A DNA stretch of 64,000 bases from Phormidesmis sp. (GCA_965248535.1 CBDFJR010000002.1:704001-768000), one strand, 5' to 3'. Counted from the first letter of the stretch, positions 29,465-40,154 are shown. Notes: generated by a model from the letters alone, not told the origin. Made by a program: numbers and translations.

Positions 29465-29497
29465 AGATAACAGTCAGCGATCCATTCTAGAGTGTTT

Positions 29498-30829
29498 TTA
29501 GGGGTCGTTGGGATCATCTGTTGCGGGTAGTTTAGGGCGACTGTCTTTTCTCCTTCGACTTGCTTTGATATACCACTGAGCAAAGAATTGACTTGCGATC
29601 GCCGTTGACAGGGCTAAACTAATCAGAATTAGCTCTGACTGCCAGTTGGGTGAGATCAGTGTCAAGATGGCTGACATGACTGCCAAACTGAAACCAGTTG
29701 TGAGGATGCCGACACTTGAGCGGTAAAGCCAAGCGTTTTTGAGGGGCAAGAAAAAGCGGTTGGTTAGAAAAGCCATTAACAGTCCATTCAGAAAGCCTAC
29801 CCCTAAACCAATTGCCCCTCCTAAGATTGCCGTGTAAACGACGCTGCTCAGCAATGGATAATAGTGTCCGTAATATCTCGCTGAAGTAAGTAGAGCCAAA
29901 ACTGCGTATGAAGAGGCTCCAGCGATCGCTCCCGCGCAGCTGCTGCGCCAGACTGCATTCCAAAAAATCTGATCTTTGGTGATTTGAGGAACGATGCTGT
30001 CTTTTTCTTTTGTGAACTGCGATCGTGCTCGTCCTTCTTGCAAAACTTGCAGTGCTTTTTGAGCAGATTGTAAGCGGCGATCGAGGGCAGGTTCAGTCAA
30101 CCATTCCAGCCAGTCAGCCACCGACTCGTCAAGAACGGCACTAGGTTTGAACTGAATTTGCAAATTCTCCTGCGGCAAGTCGGCGGGATGTCTGCCCGTT
30201 GCTATACAAATTAAAGTCGCGCCTAAACTGTAGAGATCAGACGCAGGAGTTGCCCGTCCGCCATATTGTTCAGGCGGCATATAGCCGTAGGTGCCGACGA
30301 CTGTAATGGTGCTGCCTTCGTGGGCAACGAGGGTTTGAACTGAACCAAAATCGACGAGGTAAACCTGTCCGACCGTGTTGCCGGAGCGATCGCCCAATAA
30401 AATATTGCTGGGTTTAATGTCACGATGAATGACGGGTGGCTGCTGACTGTGGAGATAAATCAGAATTTCTAGCAGCGATCGCCCTAATTCTTGCACGTCG
30501 GTTTGGCTAAACGATCGACCTGCTTTAAGATGCTGTTCTAAAGACTTTGCATTGATATAACTTTGCACTAAAGCCACCCCTTTGTAAGTTGGAGACTCTA
30601 GCTCAAACGAGTCGAGATAGCGAGGAATAGCGGGATGGTTCAGCGATTTTAAAGTTTCTGCTTCTCGTTCAAATAGTTTCAGGTCGTCCCATTCAAAGTC
30701 GTGATTAAAGGTCAGCAGTTTGACGACGACGAGTTCTTGAGTGTGCAAGTCTCGTGCCAACAGGGTTTGTCGTCCGGCTTTTTTACCCAGTGATTGCTCA
30801 ACTTGATAGCGATCGTGCAGCAATTCCAT
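29498..30829 (-). CDS. Ser/Thr protein kinase with C-terminal multi-TM region
   Basis: VVVKL, HRDIKPSN, DFGS and GTYGYMPPE motifs; hydrophobic C-terminus. Confidence 0.92.
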   Translation of the reverse strand: MELLHDRYQVEQSLGKKAGRQTLLARDLHTQELVVVKLLTFNHDFEWDDLKLFEREAETLKSLNHPAIPRYLDSFELESPTYKGVALVQSYINAKSLEQHLKAGRSFSQTDVQELGRSLLEILIYLHSQQPPVIHRDIKPSNILLGDRSGNTVGQVYLVDFGSVQTLVAHEGSTITVVGTYGYMPPEQYGGRATPASDLYSLGATLICIATGRHPADLPQENLQIQFKPSAVLDESVADWLEWLTEPALDRRLQSAQKALQVLQEGRARSQFTKEKDSIVPQITKDQIFWNAVWRSSCAGAIAGASSYAVLALLTSARYYGHYYPLLSSVVYTAILGGAIGLGVGFLNGLLMAFLTNRFFLPLKNAWLYRSSVGILTTGFSLAVMSAILTLISPNWQSELILISLALSTAIASQFFAQWYIKASRRRKDSRPKLPATDDPNDP

Positions 30830-30949
30830 AAAACAAACCTGGGGACAAAAAGAGCTAAATCTCTGGGGTTGCGAGTGACCACCACATTATGTGGTAAATC
30901 AACGGTATGGGTTTGATGCCCACCTTCTTCAAATTACACACCTAATTTT

Positions 30950-32158
30950 ATGAAACCGACTTTTTTGTGGCGAACAACCTTATTCATGCTGTTTAGTTTG
31001 CTGTCTGCTTGCACCCAATCTAGCCCAACCAGTTCGCCATCGCCTGCCAATGGCGGTGCATCGGGGGCGATCCCGATCGGGATCGCCGTGGCGCAAACCA
31101 GCAATGTGGCGCTGCTAGGTCAAGAGCAAGTAGCGGGGGCAAAAATCGCTGAGAAATATTTTAATGATCAGGGCGGTGTGAATGGAACGCCGATTCGTCT
31201 CGTGTTTCAAGACACGGCGGGAGATGAGGCAGGAGCGATTAATGCGTTTCAAACCCTGATCACTAAAGATAAAGTTGTGGGCATTGTCGGGCCGACGCTC
31301 TCGCAACAGGCGTTTGGGGCAGACCCGATCGCCGATCGCTCCAAAGTTCCGGTGTTGGCTCCCTCAAATACGGCCAAGGGGATTCCGCAGATTGGTGATT
31401 TTATTGCGCGGGTGTCGGCTCCGGTGGCGGTGGTTGCGCCCAACTCTGTTAGAGCAGCGCTGAAGATCAATCCTCAAATTAAGCGAGTAGCGGTGTTGTT
31501 TGCTCAAAATGATGCCTTTAGCAAGTCTGAAACCGGAACATTTCAGCAAACTGTCAAAGACCAGAATTTAGAGTTGGTGACGGTGCAGAAGTTTCAGACG
31601 ACAGATACTGATTTTCAAACCCAGGCGACCTCAACTCTAAACCTTAAGCCTGATTTAGTGATTATTTCTGGCTTGGCGGCAGATGGTGGAAACTTGATCA
31701 GACAGTTGCGAGAGTTGGGTTATAAAGGTCTGATTATTGGCGGCAATGGCTTGAATACGTCTAATGTCTTTTCGGTCTGCAAAGCCCTCTGCGACGGGGT
31801 TTTGATTGCTCAGGCCTACAGTCCAGAACAGCCGGGTGCGATTAATAAAGCCTTTCGAGATGCCTATCAAGCTCAGTTCAAGAAAGAGCCACCGCAGTTT
31901 AGCGCCCAGGCATTTACCGCCGTGCAAGTGTATGTAGACGCTTTAAAGATTATCGATAAGCAGACAAAAATTGCTCAAAAAGCGTTGCCAGAATTGCGGG
32001 TTGCGTTGAATCAAACTCTGCTAAAGGGGCAGTATGAAAGCCCGATCGGGGCCATTTCTTTCACCCCAGAAGGCGAGATTGTGCAAAAAGAGTTTTATGT
32101 GGCCCAGATCAAAATGGATGCAAGTGGTAGCAATGGCAAATTTGCGTTTTTGAAATAG
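30950..32158 (+). CDS. Branched-chain amino acid-type ABC transporter substrate-binding lipoprotein (LivK-like)
   Basis: Lipobox LLSAC, GGVNGTPI and VVGIVGP; upstream of livHMGF-like genes. Confidence 0.88.
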   Translation: MKPTFLWRTTLFMLFSLLSACTQSSPTSSPSPANGGASGAIPIGIAVAQTSNVALLGQEQVAGAKIAEKYFNDQGGVNGTPIRLVFQDTAGDEAGAINAFQTLITKDKVVGIVGPTLSQQAFGADPIADRSKVPVLAPSNTAKGIPQIGDFIARVSAPVAVVAPNSVRAALKINPQIKRVAVLFAQNDAFSKSETGTFQQTVKDQNLELVTVQKFQTTDTDFQTQATSTLNLKPDLVIISGLAADGGNLIRQLRELGYKGLIIGGNGLNTSNVFSVCKALCDGVLIAQAYSPEQPGAINKAFRDAYQAQFKKEPPQFSAQAFTAVQVYVDALKIIDKQTKIAQKALPELRVALNQTLLKGQYESPIGAISFTPEGEIVQKEFYVAQIKMDASGSNGKFAFLK

Positions 32159-32167
32159 GTAAACTCG

Positions 32168-33242
32168 ATGCGATCGCTCTGCTCTTCTCTGATCGGAATT
32201 TGGGCATTTTTGGCAGTCTTATTTTGGGCAGCACCTGGTTATGCGAATGCACCCGCACCCCCATCTTATGTCTGGCTTAGGTTTGAGGGTGCTCGGTCTG
32301 CATTTCAGGGGGCCCAGTTAGCCGAGTGTCATACCCAAAAATGCACCCAACCGATTTTGCTGATGCAGAGTGGAACTTGCGCTGATGCAGATTGTCTGAA
32401 GTCGTCTCCAATTCTCAGTGCGCCTCACCGGTTTGACTGTGCTGGCGATGCTTGTTTATTTGTAGAGCCGTCATTTAGTCCGCGATCGTCGGGCCCCTAC
32501 TACAAATTGATCGCTCAGTTTAGCGATCGGGTTCGCACAAGTGAAGCAGTTGCTTTCAATATCAAGAATGATTTGGCAGGCTATGCGGCTCGAAATCTGC
32601 GGGTGAAGGTTCAGGCGAATGATCTAGCGATCGTGCCTGACACAAATCCGATGAAACCCAGTCGATGGGAGGTGTTTGGCACTGCTTTGGCGCTGACGGA
32701 GATCTCAGAGTTAGCGGTGGCGACCCTGTGGCTATGGCGCATGAACGTTGAAAAGCAGCAGGCTGGCAAAGGACTGGTCGCGATCGCGTTTGTCAATTTG
32801 CTGACGTTTCCGGTGGTCTGGTTTTTCTTTCCGGCGTTGCAGCCTTTTCAATACAGCGCGTCGCGGGTGTTTGGGGTGATGATTCTCGGCGTTGCGGGTT
32901 TGTTTGGGGTGACTGTTGGCGAGTCGCCCGATCGTCACTCTCAAAACGCTGCGAATCATGTTTATCGGCTGGCTGTTATCATTGCCTACAGCATTCGTAA
33001 TCGGAATCATTTTTGCGTTTATTTTGGGTTATGGTGAGTCTCTTCCGCCCGTGATTGGAGTTTCATCACTGATTACACTTCCTGCTTCAGAGATATTTGC
33101 GGTAGTGTTTGAGGCTTGGTTAATCTATCGTTCTAATCAAGAATCAATATCTCTTAGACAGGCAAGCTTATTAAGTCTAACAATGAATGTGATCAGTCTG
33201 ATTTTGGGTTTATGGTTACTTCCGACAACTCAATTATTTTAA
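32168..33242 (+). pseudogene. Uncharacterised protein (signal peptide, Cys-rich domain, multi-TM tail), split by one extra base at ~32910
   Basis: ORFs 32168-33037 and 32916-33242 join (GLFGGLLASRPIV) if T32910 is removed. Confidence 0.65.
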
Positions 33243-33261
33243 TTTCTATTGAGAATATTTT

Positions 33262-34212
33262 ATGAATCTCACTCTATTCTTACAGAGTTTTCTCAACGGA
33301 CTCTCGATCGGCAGCATCTATGCAATTTTTGCATTAGGCTACACATTAGTCTTCTCGATTCTTGGAATTATTAATTTTGCTCATGGAGCCGTTTTCACCC
33401 TCGGAGCTTATTTCACTTATGCTCTAATGGGCAATGCGTTTGGATTTAATGGATTGTTAGCTAATGCAGCCTTGCCGATTCGCCTACCGTTTGCGTTGGC
33501 GCTAGTTTTTGGCAGTGTAATCGCGGGTTTAGTTGGAGTACTGATCGAACGATTGGCATTTCGTCCACTCCGCCGTCAAAAAGCCGATTCTCTGCTGACG
33601 GTGGTGTCTAGTCTGGGCGTTGCCGTTGTGATTGTCAATCTGATTCAATATTTGGTTGGCGCAGAGATTTACACCTTTCCTCCCGACACTTACGGCACGT
33701 TGCCGCCTGCAATCAACTTTGGCAGTGCAGAAAATCCGATTCCGATTCGCAGTGTGCAGGTTGTGATTTTCGTGGTGTCGGGCGTGATTCTCAGCTTATT
33801 AACCTATCTGATTAACGCCACAAAATATGGCAAAGCAATGCGGGCAGTGGCAGAAGATCCGACGACTGCGAGTTTGTTGGGCATCGACCCCGATCGCTTC
33901 ATTGTCCTGACGTTTTTTGTCAGTGGCTTTCTAGGCGGATTGGCTGGAACCCTTGTCGGCTCTAGCGTCAGCATCGCCGGCCCTTATTTTGGCATCGGCT
34001 TTGGACTGAAGGGATTAGCCGTGATCGTGCTGGGCGGATTGGGCAGCATTCCGGGGGCAGTCGTGGGAGGGTTAACGATCGGGCTGGTCGAAGCCTTTGT
34101 TCCCGGTGATTATTCCGCTTATAAAGATGCGGTTGCGTTTGGCATTCTATTTATCATGCTATTGGTGCGACCGCAGGGATTGTTAGGTCGATCGCTGGTT
34201 CAAAAAGTTTAA
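33262..34212 (+). CDS. livH: Branched-chain amino acid ABC permease (LivH-like)
   Basis: GIINFAHG, TKYGKAMRAV, GGLGSIPGA and RPQGLLG motifs. Confidence 0.9.
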   Translation: MNLTLFLQSFLNGLSIGSIYAIFALGYTLVFSILGIINFAHGAVFTLGAYFTYALMGNAFGFNGLLANAALPIRLPFALALVFGSVIAGLVGVLIERLAFRPLRRQKADSLLTVVSSLGVAVVIVNLIQYLVGAEIYTFPPDTYGTLPPAINFGSAENPIPIRSVQVVIFVVSGVILSLLTYLINATKYGKAMRAVAEDPTTASLLGIDPDRFIVLTFFVSGFLGGLAGTLVGSSVSIAGPYFGIGFGLKGLAVIVLGGLGSIPGAVVGGLTIGLVEAFVPGDYSAYKDAVAFGILFIMLLVRPQGLLGRSLVQKV

Positions 34213-34225
34213 TCACATTAATGTT

Positions 34226-35143
34226 ATGACTGATTTTATTTCAACCTATGGGTTTCTATTCGTCTCAATGATTTTAGGTGCATTGCTAGGATTATCGCTT
34301 TATTTACCTCTCATGGCCGGGCAATTATCCTTAGCAAGTCCTGGGTTTTATGCGCTAGGTGGTTATATTGCAGCAATTCTCTCGACAAAAGTGTTTCAAG
34401 TCACAGAGGCTTTCCCAATTCCTCTGCTGTTGTTAGAAATGTTAATAGCAGGACTAGTCTGTGGCTTATTGGGCGTTGTGGTTGGTGTTCCGGCGCTGCG
34501 ACTGCGAGGAATCTATTTAGGGATCGCCACCATTGCTTTTGTCGAAATCCTGCGCGTTCTAGCGCTCAATCTCGATATCACAGGCGGAGCCGTTGGCATT
34601 TTTGGCATTCCGCAGCCGTTCCAGACTCCGATCGAGTATTTGTGGATTGTCCTACCACTGCTGCTGGTCAGCATGGCGTTTGTCTACCGATTAGAAAAGA
34701 TTCGCGTCGGGCGCGCTTTGATTGCGATTCGAGAAGATGAACTTGCTGCCGATGCGATGGGCATTAATCCCACTTATTACAAGGTGCTGGCCTTTACGAT
34801 CGGTGCAATTTTAGCGGGCGTAGTCGGTGCTATTAGTGCTCACTTTCTCAACACCTGGAATGCTCGTCAAGGCACCTTTGATGCCAGCATTATCTATCTT
34901 ACCTTCGTGCTGATTGGTGGCTCTAGAACGTTTCTAGGCCCCGTTTTGGGCGGAATGGTGTTTACGGCACTGCCAGAGGTTTTGCGGGCCGTTGCCGATA
35001 TTCCAGGTTTACCCGTTTGGTTGGCGCAATTTTTGCGGGATGGTCGCCTAATTATTTTTGGATTGTTGATTGTGGTGGGCACGATCTTCTTTCCTCAGGG
35101 ATTGGTCACTCCTCAGTTGTTGAAACGGCGATCGCTATCGTAG
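34226..35143 (+). CDS. livM: Branched-chain amino acid ABC permease (LivM-like)
   Basis: GQLSLA, LRLRGIYL, AIREDELAA and PQGL motifs. Confidence 0.9.
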   Translation: MTDFISTYGFLFVSMILGALLGLSLYLPLMAGQLSLASPGFYALGGYIAAILSTKVFQVTEAFPIPLLLLEMLIAGLVCGLLGVVVGVPALRLRGIYLGIATIAFVEILRVLALNLDITGGAVGIFGIPQPFQTPIEYLWIVLPLLLVSMAFVYRLEKIRVGRALIAIREDELAADAMGINPTYYKVLAFTIGAILAGVVGAISAHFLNTWNARQGTFDASIIYLTFVLIGGSRTFLGPVLGGMVFTALPEVLRAVADIPGLPVWLAQFLRDGRLIIFGLLIVVGTIFFPQGLVTPQLLKRRSLS

Positions 35144-35171
35144 CCCGATCCTGCAAAGACCCAGTAGAATT

Positions 35172-35819
35172 CTAACCTTGGGATTGCCACCACGATCGCA
35201 GCGATCGGACTGCCTCAATTTCATCCTCTTTCGCCTCTTCCAGGAATGTATAAAGACGCTCCTTTGGCACTTGAGGAAACGTAGGGCTAGCCTCAACTTC
35301 TACATAAACGTCTTCTTGAAGCTGGTAGATCCGCCAGATGTTTCCATTAAACCGCCACAACTCCGACACTCCAAGGCTAGAGTAAAATCGATTTTTAGCA
35401 ATATCTGTGGGGGTAATATCTACCTCCACCACCAAATCTGGCGGCGGATCTTGACTAAAATCGACCTCACGACCTTTGACTAAATCCTGATTTTGAATGT
35501 AGTAGGCGTTATCAGGCTCTGCACCTTTTTTAAGATTTGGGTAGTTCATCGTTGTTGAACCCATTGTCTTCATTCTCAAGTCCATTAATTCAATCAGCGT
35601 CGAGATGAATCGCTCAATCAAACGACCCGAAAATTCATGCAGTTCTGAAGGCACAGTAATTTCCAATATTCCATCGTCATAGGTCAATCGAGAGCCACGA
35701 GATTGAGGCAAGGCGTTCAAAATTTGCAGATAAGCCTCCCAAGACAAACCCCGCAGCGCAACCCGTTGTTCTCCTACGATAGGCAATTCGATTTTTGGTT
35801 CTGGTGCCGCAATGACCAT
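35172..35819 (-). CDS. Uma2-family (PD-(D/E)xK) endonuclease-like protein
   Basis: SWEAY, LTYDDGILEI, AEPD, PPDLVVEVD and GVSELWRF motifs. Confidence 0.9.
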   Translation of the reverse strand: MVIAAPEPKIELPIVGEQRVALRGLSWEAYLQILNALPQSRGSRLTYDDGILEITVPSELHEFSGRLIERFISTLIELMDLRMKTMGSTTMNYPNLKKGAEPDNAYYIQNQDLVKGREVDFSQDPPPDLVVEVDITPTDIAKNRFYSSLGVSELWRFNGNIWRIYQLQEDVYVEVEASPTFPQVPKERLYTFLEEAKEDEIEAVRSLRSWWQSQG

Positions 35820-35913
35820 CGATCGTTCTCCTAACTCTCAGCGCAAATGTGAACGTGGGCACTCCTATTGTAAATCGTGACAACTAGCTGGATTATAGGG
35901 GTAAGTTTCCTGA

Positions 35914-36717
35914 GTGACTGAATTGCAGTTGGCTGACTCTCAAAAAAACCTCGATCGCCCCCTTTTAGAAGCCAAAGCCTTGACCCGGCGCTTTGGTGGA
36001 TTGGTGGCGGTTAACAACGTCTCCTTTAGCGTTAACGAAGGCGAAATCTTTGGGCTAATCGGCCCCAATGGTGCCGGAAAAACCACCTTGTTTAACTTAG
36101 TCACCGGATTGATCTACCCATCTGACGGACAAATGCTTTATCGAGGCAACAAAATTTCTAACTTACGTCCCCATCAAATCGCTAAAAAAGGGATTGCCAG
36201 AACGTTTCAAAATATTCGCCTCTTCGCCGATCTTTCAGCCTTAGAAAATGTGATGATTGCTCAACATATTCACACCAAAAGTGGATTGTTTGCGGGGGTG
36301 TTGGGGTTGCCTCCTGCGCCTCGTGAAGAACAAAAAACCCGATCGCGGGCCTTTGAGCTACTAGAATTAGTCGGCTTAAGCGATCGCGCTGACGAAAAAG
36401 CCACTAACTTCCCCTATGGCGATCAGCGTCGCCTAGAAATCGCCCGTGCGCTGGCTCTCGAACCGCAGGTGCTCTTATTAGATGAACCTGCCGCCGGAAT
36501 GAATCCTAGCGAAAAGCAGCAGTTGAGTCACTTTATTCGTCAAATTCGTGACCAATTCAGTCTGACCATTTTGCTGATCGAGCATCATGTGCCCCTAGTG
36601 ATGGGATTGTGCGATCGCATCGCCGTTCTCAATTTTGGGCAGCTAATCGCGATCGGAAACCCCGCAGAGGTGAAGTCCGATCGGGCGGTGATAGAAGCCT
36701 ATTTGGGCACAGAGTAA
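35914..36717 (+). CDS. livG: ABC ATP-binding subunit (LivG-like)
   Basis: GPNGAGKTT, ARTFQNIRLF, LDEPAAG and VIEAYLG motifs. Confidence 0.92.
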   Translation: MTELQLADSQKNLDRPLLEAKALTRRFGGLVAVNNVSFSVNEGEIFGLIGPNGAGKTTLFNLVTGLIYPSDGQMLYRGNKISNLRPHQIAKKGIARTFQNIRLFADLSALENVMIAQHIHTKSGLFAGVLGLPPAPREEQKTRSRAFELLELVGLSDRADEKATNFPYGDQRRLEIARALALEPQVLLLDEPAAGMNPSEKQQLSHFIRQIRDQFSLTILLIEHHVPLVMGLCDRIAVLNFGQLIAIGNPAEVKSDRAVIEAYLGTE

Positions 36718-36721
36718 CCCC

Positions 36722-37435
36722 ATGCAAACCCCTTTACTTGACATTCAAAAACTCAGCGTTCACTATGGCGGCATTCAGGCGCTTCAGGCGATCGATTTGA
36801 TGATTTACCCTGGCGAAGTGGTGACGTTAATCGGCTCAAATGGGGCAGGAAAAAGCACAACACTCCGAGCCATTTCTCGCATCATCAATGCCCGTCAGGG
36901 CCAGATTTTTTACGGGGGTGAAAATATCACGCAGCGTCGTCCCCACGAAGTCGTGAAACTAGGGATTGCTCACAGTCCTGAAGGGCGCAAAGTGTTAGCT
37001 CGTCAGACCGTGTTAGATAATTTGGAACTAGGCGCTTATACCCGATCGTCGCGTCTCAGCATCAAGTCCGATATTGAACAACAATTTCTATTATTTCCCC
37101 GTTTAGCAGAGCGTAAAAATCAACTAGCAGGCACTCTCAGCGGTGGTGAACAGCAGATGTTAGCGATCGCTCGTGCGTTGATGAGTCGGCCTAAATTATT
37201 GCTGTTAGACGAGCCGAGTTTGGGGTTAGCTCCGACGATCGTGCGCGAGATTTTCACGATTATTCAAAATCTGCGCGAGACAGGAGTCACGATTCTCTTA
37301 GTCGAACAAAACGCGAATTTGGCTTTGCAGATCGCCGATCGGGGCTATGTTTTAGAAGCGGGTTGTATGATCCTAACCAATCAAGCTGCTGAATTGTTGC
37401 AGGACGATCGAGTTAGAAAAGCCTATTTAGGTTAA
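36722..37435 (+). CDS. livF: ABC ATP-binding subunit (LivF-like)
   Basis: GSNGAGKST, LSGGEQQM, LDEPSLGLAP and VEQNA motifs. Confidence 0.92.
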   Translation: MQTPLLDIQKLSVHYGGIQALQAIDLMIYPGEVVTLIGSNGAGKSTTLRAISRIINARQGQIFYGGENITQRRPHEVVKLGIAHSPEGRKVLARQTVLDNLELGAYTRSSRLSIKSDIEQQFLLFPRLAERKNQLAGTLSGGEQQMLAIARALMSRPKLLLLDEPSLGLAPTIVREIFTIIQNLRETGVTILLVEQNANLALQIADRGYVLEAGCMILTNQAAELLQDDRVRKAYLG

Positions 37436-37441
37436 TTGACA

Positions 37442-38038
37442 ATGAATCTAGATATTTTAGTTTCTAACTATCTGCAAATCGATGACTTTTTGACCAGAGA
37501 AGATAAAAGAAGATTGCTGAATTATGTGTTTGCAGAAGAGGCAAAGTTTGTGCCGACTAACACATCAACCGATGAAGTGAACTATCGACGATCGAGCGTT
37601 CTTTATTTCTTTCCTGACTTTGCAGAATTGATCCGCGATCGTATCCAATCCATCACCTCCGAGGTCTTCAAGAAATTAGACCTAGCTCCATTTTCTGTTT
37701 CTCAGATAGAGGTTCAGCTAACGGCTCACAATGATGGAAATTACTATAAGGTTCATAACGATAACGGCAGTCCTGAAACAGTAACTAGAGAACTCACCTA
37801 TGTCTATTATTTCTATCGAGAACCCAAGGCTTTTATGGGCGGAGAATTGGTGATTTACGACAGCAAAATTGAGAATGCTTATTTTGTTAAGGCAGACTCA
37901 TTTAAAACCGTCGAGCCTCGAAATAATAGCATTGTCTTTTTTCTCAGTCGCTCAATGCACGAAGTTTTACCCGTGCGGTGTCCGTCGCGATCGTTTCCCA
38001 ATAGCCGCTTCACCATCAACGGCTGGATTCATCGCTAA
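37442..38038 (+). CDS. 2OG-Fe(II) oxygenase (prolyl-hydroxylase-like)
   Basis: HxD (HND), distal His (MHEV), RFTINGW and GGEL motifs. Confidence 0.85.
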   Translation: MNLDILVSNYLQIDDFLTREDKRRLLNYVFAEEAKFVPTNTSTDEVNYRRSSVLYFFPDFAELIRDRIQSITSEVFKKLDLAPFSVSQIEVQLTAHNDGNYYKVHNDNGSPETVTRELTYVYYFYREPKAFMGGELVIYDSKIENAYFVKADSFKTVEPRNNSIVFFLSRSMHEVLPVRCPSRSFPNSRFTINGWIHR

Positions 38039-38043
38039 TCAGT

Positions 38044-39180
38044 CTAAAATTTGCAGACCAGCAGTTGCCGAATCAATCGCGCTAACTGTTCGGCGCTGTC
38101 TACGATCGCTAAAGATGCCGTCTGCTTTGACATTTGCTGTAGGCGATCGGGCGATTTTAACAGCGCCAACACTTGCGTCTTGAGAATTTCTGGCGTGAGA
38201 TCGGCTTGTCGGTAAACCTCGGCGGCTCCTGCGTCAGCAAAGATAGCAGCATTAAACGCCTGGTGATCTTCAGCCGCAAAGGGATAAGGCACCAAGATCG
38301 AAGGCGTGTGGGTAATCGCCAACTCTGTCAGCGTGCCAGCCCCCGATCGGCTAATCGCCAACGTTGCCCGTTGAAAAAGAGCCGCCATATTGCCATAAAA
38401 CGGCAAAGCCACATACTGAGGATGCTGAAGGCTCTGGGCATCCGCATCACCCTCCCCCGTCAGATGCACCACCCAAGCGCCCACGCTAAACCAGTCTGGG
38501 GCAGCCTGTCGCACCAATTTGTTCAGGGCCACGGCTCCCTGACTGCCGCCTACCACCACAATGAGCGGCACGTCTTTAGGAATCGATAAATCCTCTAGAT
38601 CCGCGTCGTTTAGGGCCGATCGAAACTGCGATCGCACCGGAGTTCCGACACAAATCGTTTTGCTGCGCGGCAAATAGTGAGCAGCGGCTTGAAACCCGAT
38701 CGCGACCCCATTGCACCAAGGCGCAAACCAGCGCGTCACCTTGCCAGGTAGAGCATTGGACTCGTGCAAAATCACGGGCAAACCCAGCGATCGGGCCGCC
38801 AAAATAGCCGGAGCCGCAATATAGCCGCCCGTAGTGAACACGCCATCAAATTTGCCTTGTTTCAGCAGTCGTCTGACTTGCCAAATCGAGCCGATCAACC
38901 GCAGCAAAATCTTGAGCGTCCCTAGTCCTAATTTTTGTTGAAACCCTTCTACAGAAATCGTGTGCAGCGGATAGCCCTTTTCGGCACCCTCGCCCACAAG
39001 CTGCGTTTCTAAGCGATCGGGCACCCCTAACCACTCGATCTGATAGTCAGAAAGCTGCTCGGCGGTGGCGATCGCTGGGAAAACGTGCCCCCCCGTGCCG
39101 CTAGCAGCAATCAATAAACGAATCGGGTTTGAAGAAGACTGCACGGACTTTTCTAAACGAGGGTCAGATGCACTTTGCAC
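38044..39180 (-). CDS. murG: Undecaprenyldiphospho-muramoylpentapeptide beta-N-acetylglucosaminyltransferase
   Basis: GTGGHVFP, GGY, HESN, GGSQGA, RSGAGT and DHQAFNA motifs. Confidence 0.97.
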   Translation of the reverse strand: MQSASDPRLEKSVQSSSNPIRLLIAASGTGGHVFPAIATAEQLSDYQIEWLGVPDRLETQLVGEGAEKGYPLHTISVEGFQQKLGLGTLKILLRLIGSIWQVRRLLKQGKFDGVFTTGGYIAAPAILAARSLGLPVILHESNALPGKVTRWFAPWCNGVAIGFQAAAHYLPRSKTICVGTPVRSQFRSALNDADLEDLSIPKDVPLIVVVGGSQGAVALNKLVRQAAPDWFSVGAWVVHLTGEGDADAQSLQHPQYVALPFYGNMAALFQRATLAISRSGAGTLTELAITHTPSILVPYPFAAEDHQAFNAAIFADAGAAEVYRQADLTPEILKTQVLALLKSPDRLQQMSKQTASLAIVDSAEQLARLIRQLLVCKF

Positions 39181-39326
39181 AGAGATTTTGCCAATAACAG
39201 AGTGATTTTACCGCTAATGTTGCCCTGTGGTCACCTCCCCAACCCACGCCAAATGACATAGAGTTGCTTAAATTGATTAATATCTTAAGTGGCTGACCTT
39301 TGCCCCAATAGTTTGAGCGATTTTCT

Positions 39327-40154
39327 ATGCGTCACTTTTTGCCCGATCGATCGACCCTCGCTTCTATGCCTCAAAATATTAGACAGCCGTGGCGATCGCT
39401 GTTTTTGCTGACGCTGGGGCTAATGGTCTCAGGCAATTGGAGTGGGCACGATCGGGTCATGGCAGCTACGCCAGAAACCGCGCCTGCCCCTCTCCGACAA
39501 GCGTTGACCCAGATTGATGCAGCGGCCAGCAAAAAAGATTTACAGGGCGTGCTTCAGTTTTATAGCCCTAATTTTGCTCACTCAGATGGGCTAAATCGGC
39601 GATCGCTCGAACAGGCATTAACTCAGCTTTGGCAACACTATCCCAATTTGACTTATCGCACTGAGCTAAAGTCTTGGCAACCCGATGGGCGCGGCATTCG
39701 GGCTGAGACGGTGACCCATATTTCAGGAATGCAGACGGTCAACGGGCAATCTTCAAAACTCGATTCAACCGTGCAGTCTCGGCAGCGATTTGAAGGTCAA
39801 ACTATCGTTCAGCAAGACGTTTTAGCAGAGAGCAGCAAAGTCACGTCGGGTGAAAATCCGCCTGATGTCAAAGTGAATTTGCCCGAACAGGTGCAAGTCG
39901 GACAAGACTTTAATTTTGATGCGATCGTGCAAGATCCCTTAGGCAGCGACTTGCTATTAGGGTCAGTCTTAGAAGAACCCGTTAAACCGAGCGGCTATTT
40001 GACCCCCACCACTGCCGATTTAGAGTTGCTCACTTCTGGGGGCATCTTTAAGGTAGGTCGCGTTTCTACGCCCGAAAATCGCTGGATCTCGGCAGTTTTG
40101 GTGCGCTATGGTGGCACGACAATGGTGACGCAGCGACTGCGAATCATCAAGTGA
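39327..40154 (+). CDS. Secreted NTF2-like domain protein
   Basis: Signal-like N-terminus and YSPNFAHSDGL NTF2/SnoaL-like pattern. Confidence 0.6.
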   Translation: MRHFLPDRSTLASMPQNIRQPWRSLFLLTLGLMVSGNWSGHDRVMAATPETAPAPLRQALTQIDAAASKKDLQGVLQFYSPNFAHSDGLNRRSLEQALTQLWQHYPNLTYRTELKSWQPDGRGIRAETVTHISGMQTVNGQSSKLDSTVQSRQRFEGQTIVQQDVLAESSKVTSGENPPDVKVNLPEQVQVGQDFNFDAIVQDPLGSDLLLGSVLEEPVKPSGYLTPTTADLELLTSGGIFKVGRVSTPENRWISAVLVRYGGTTMVTQRLRIIK

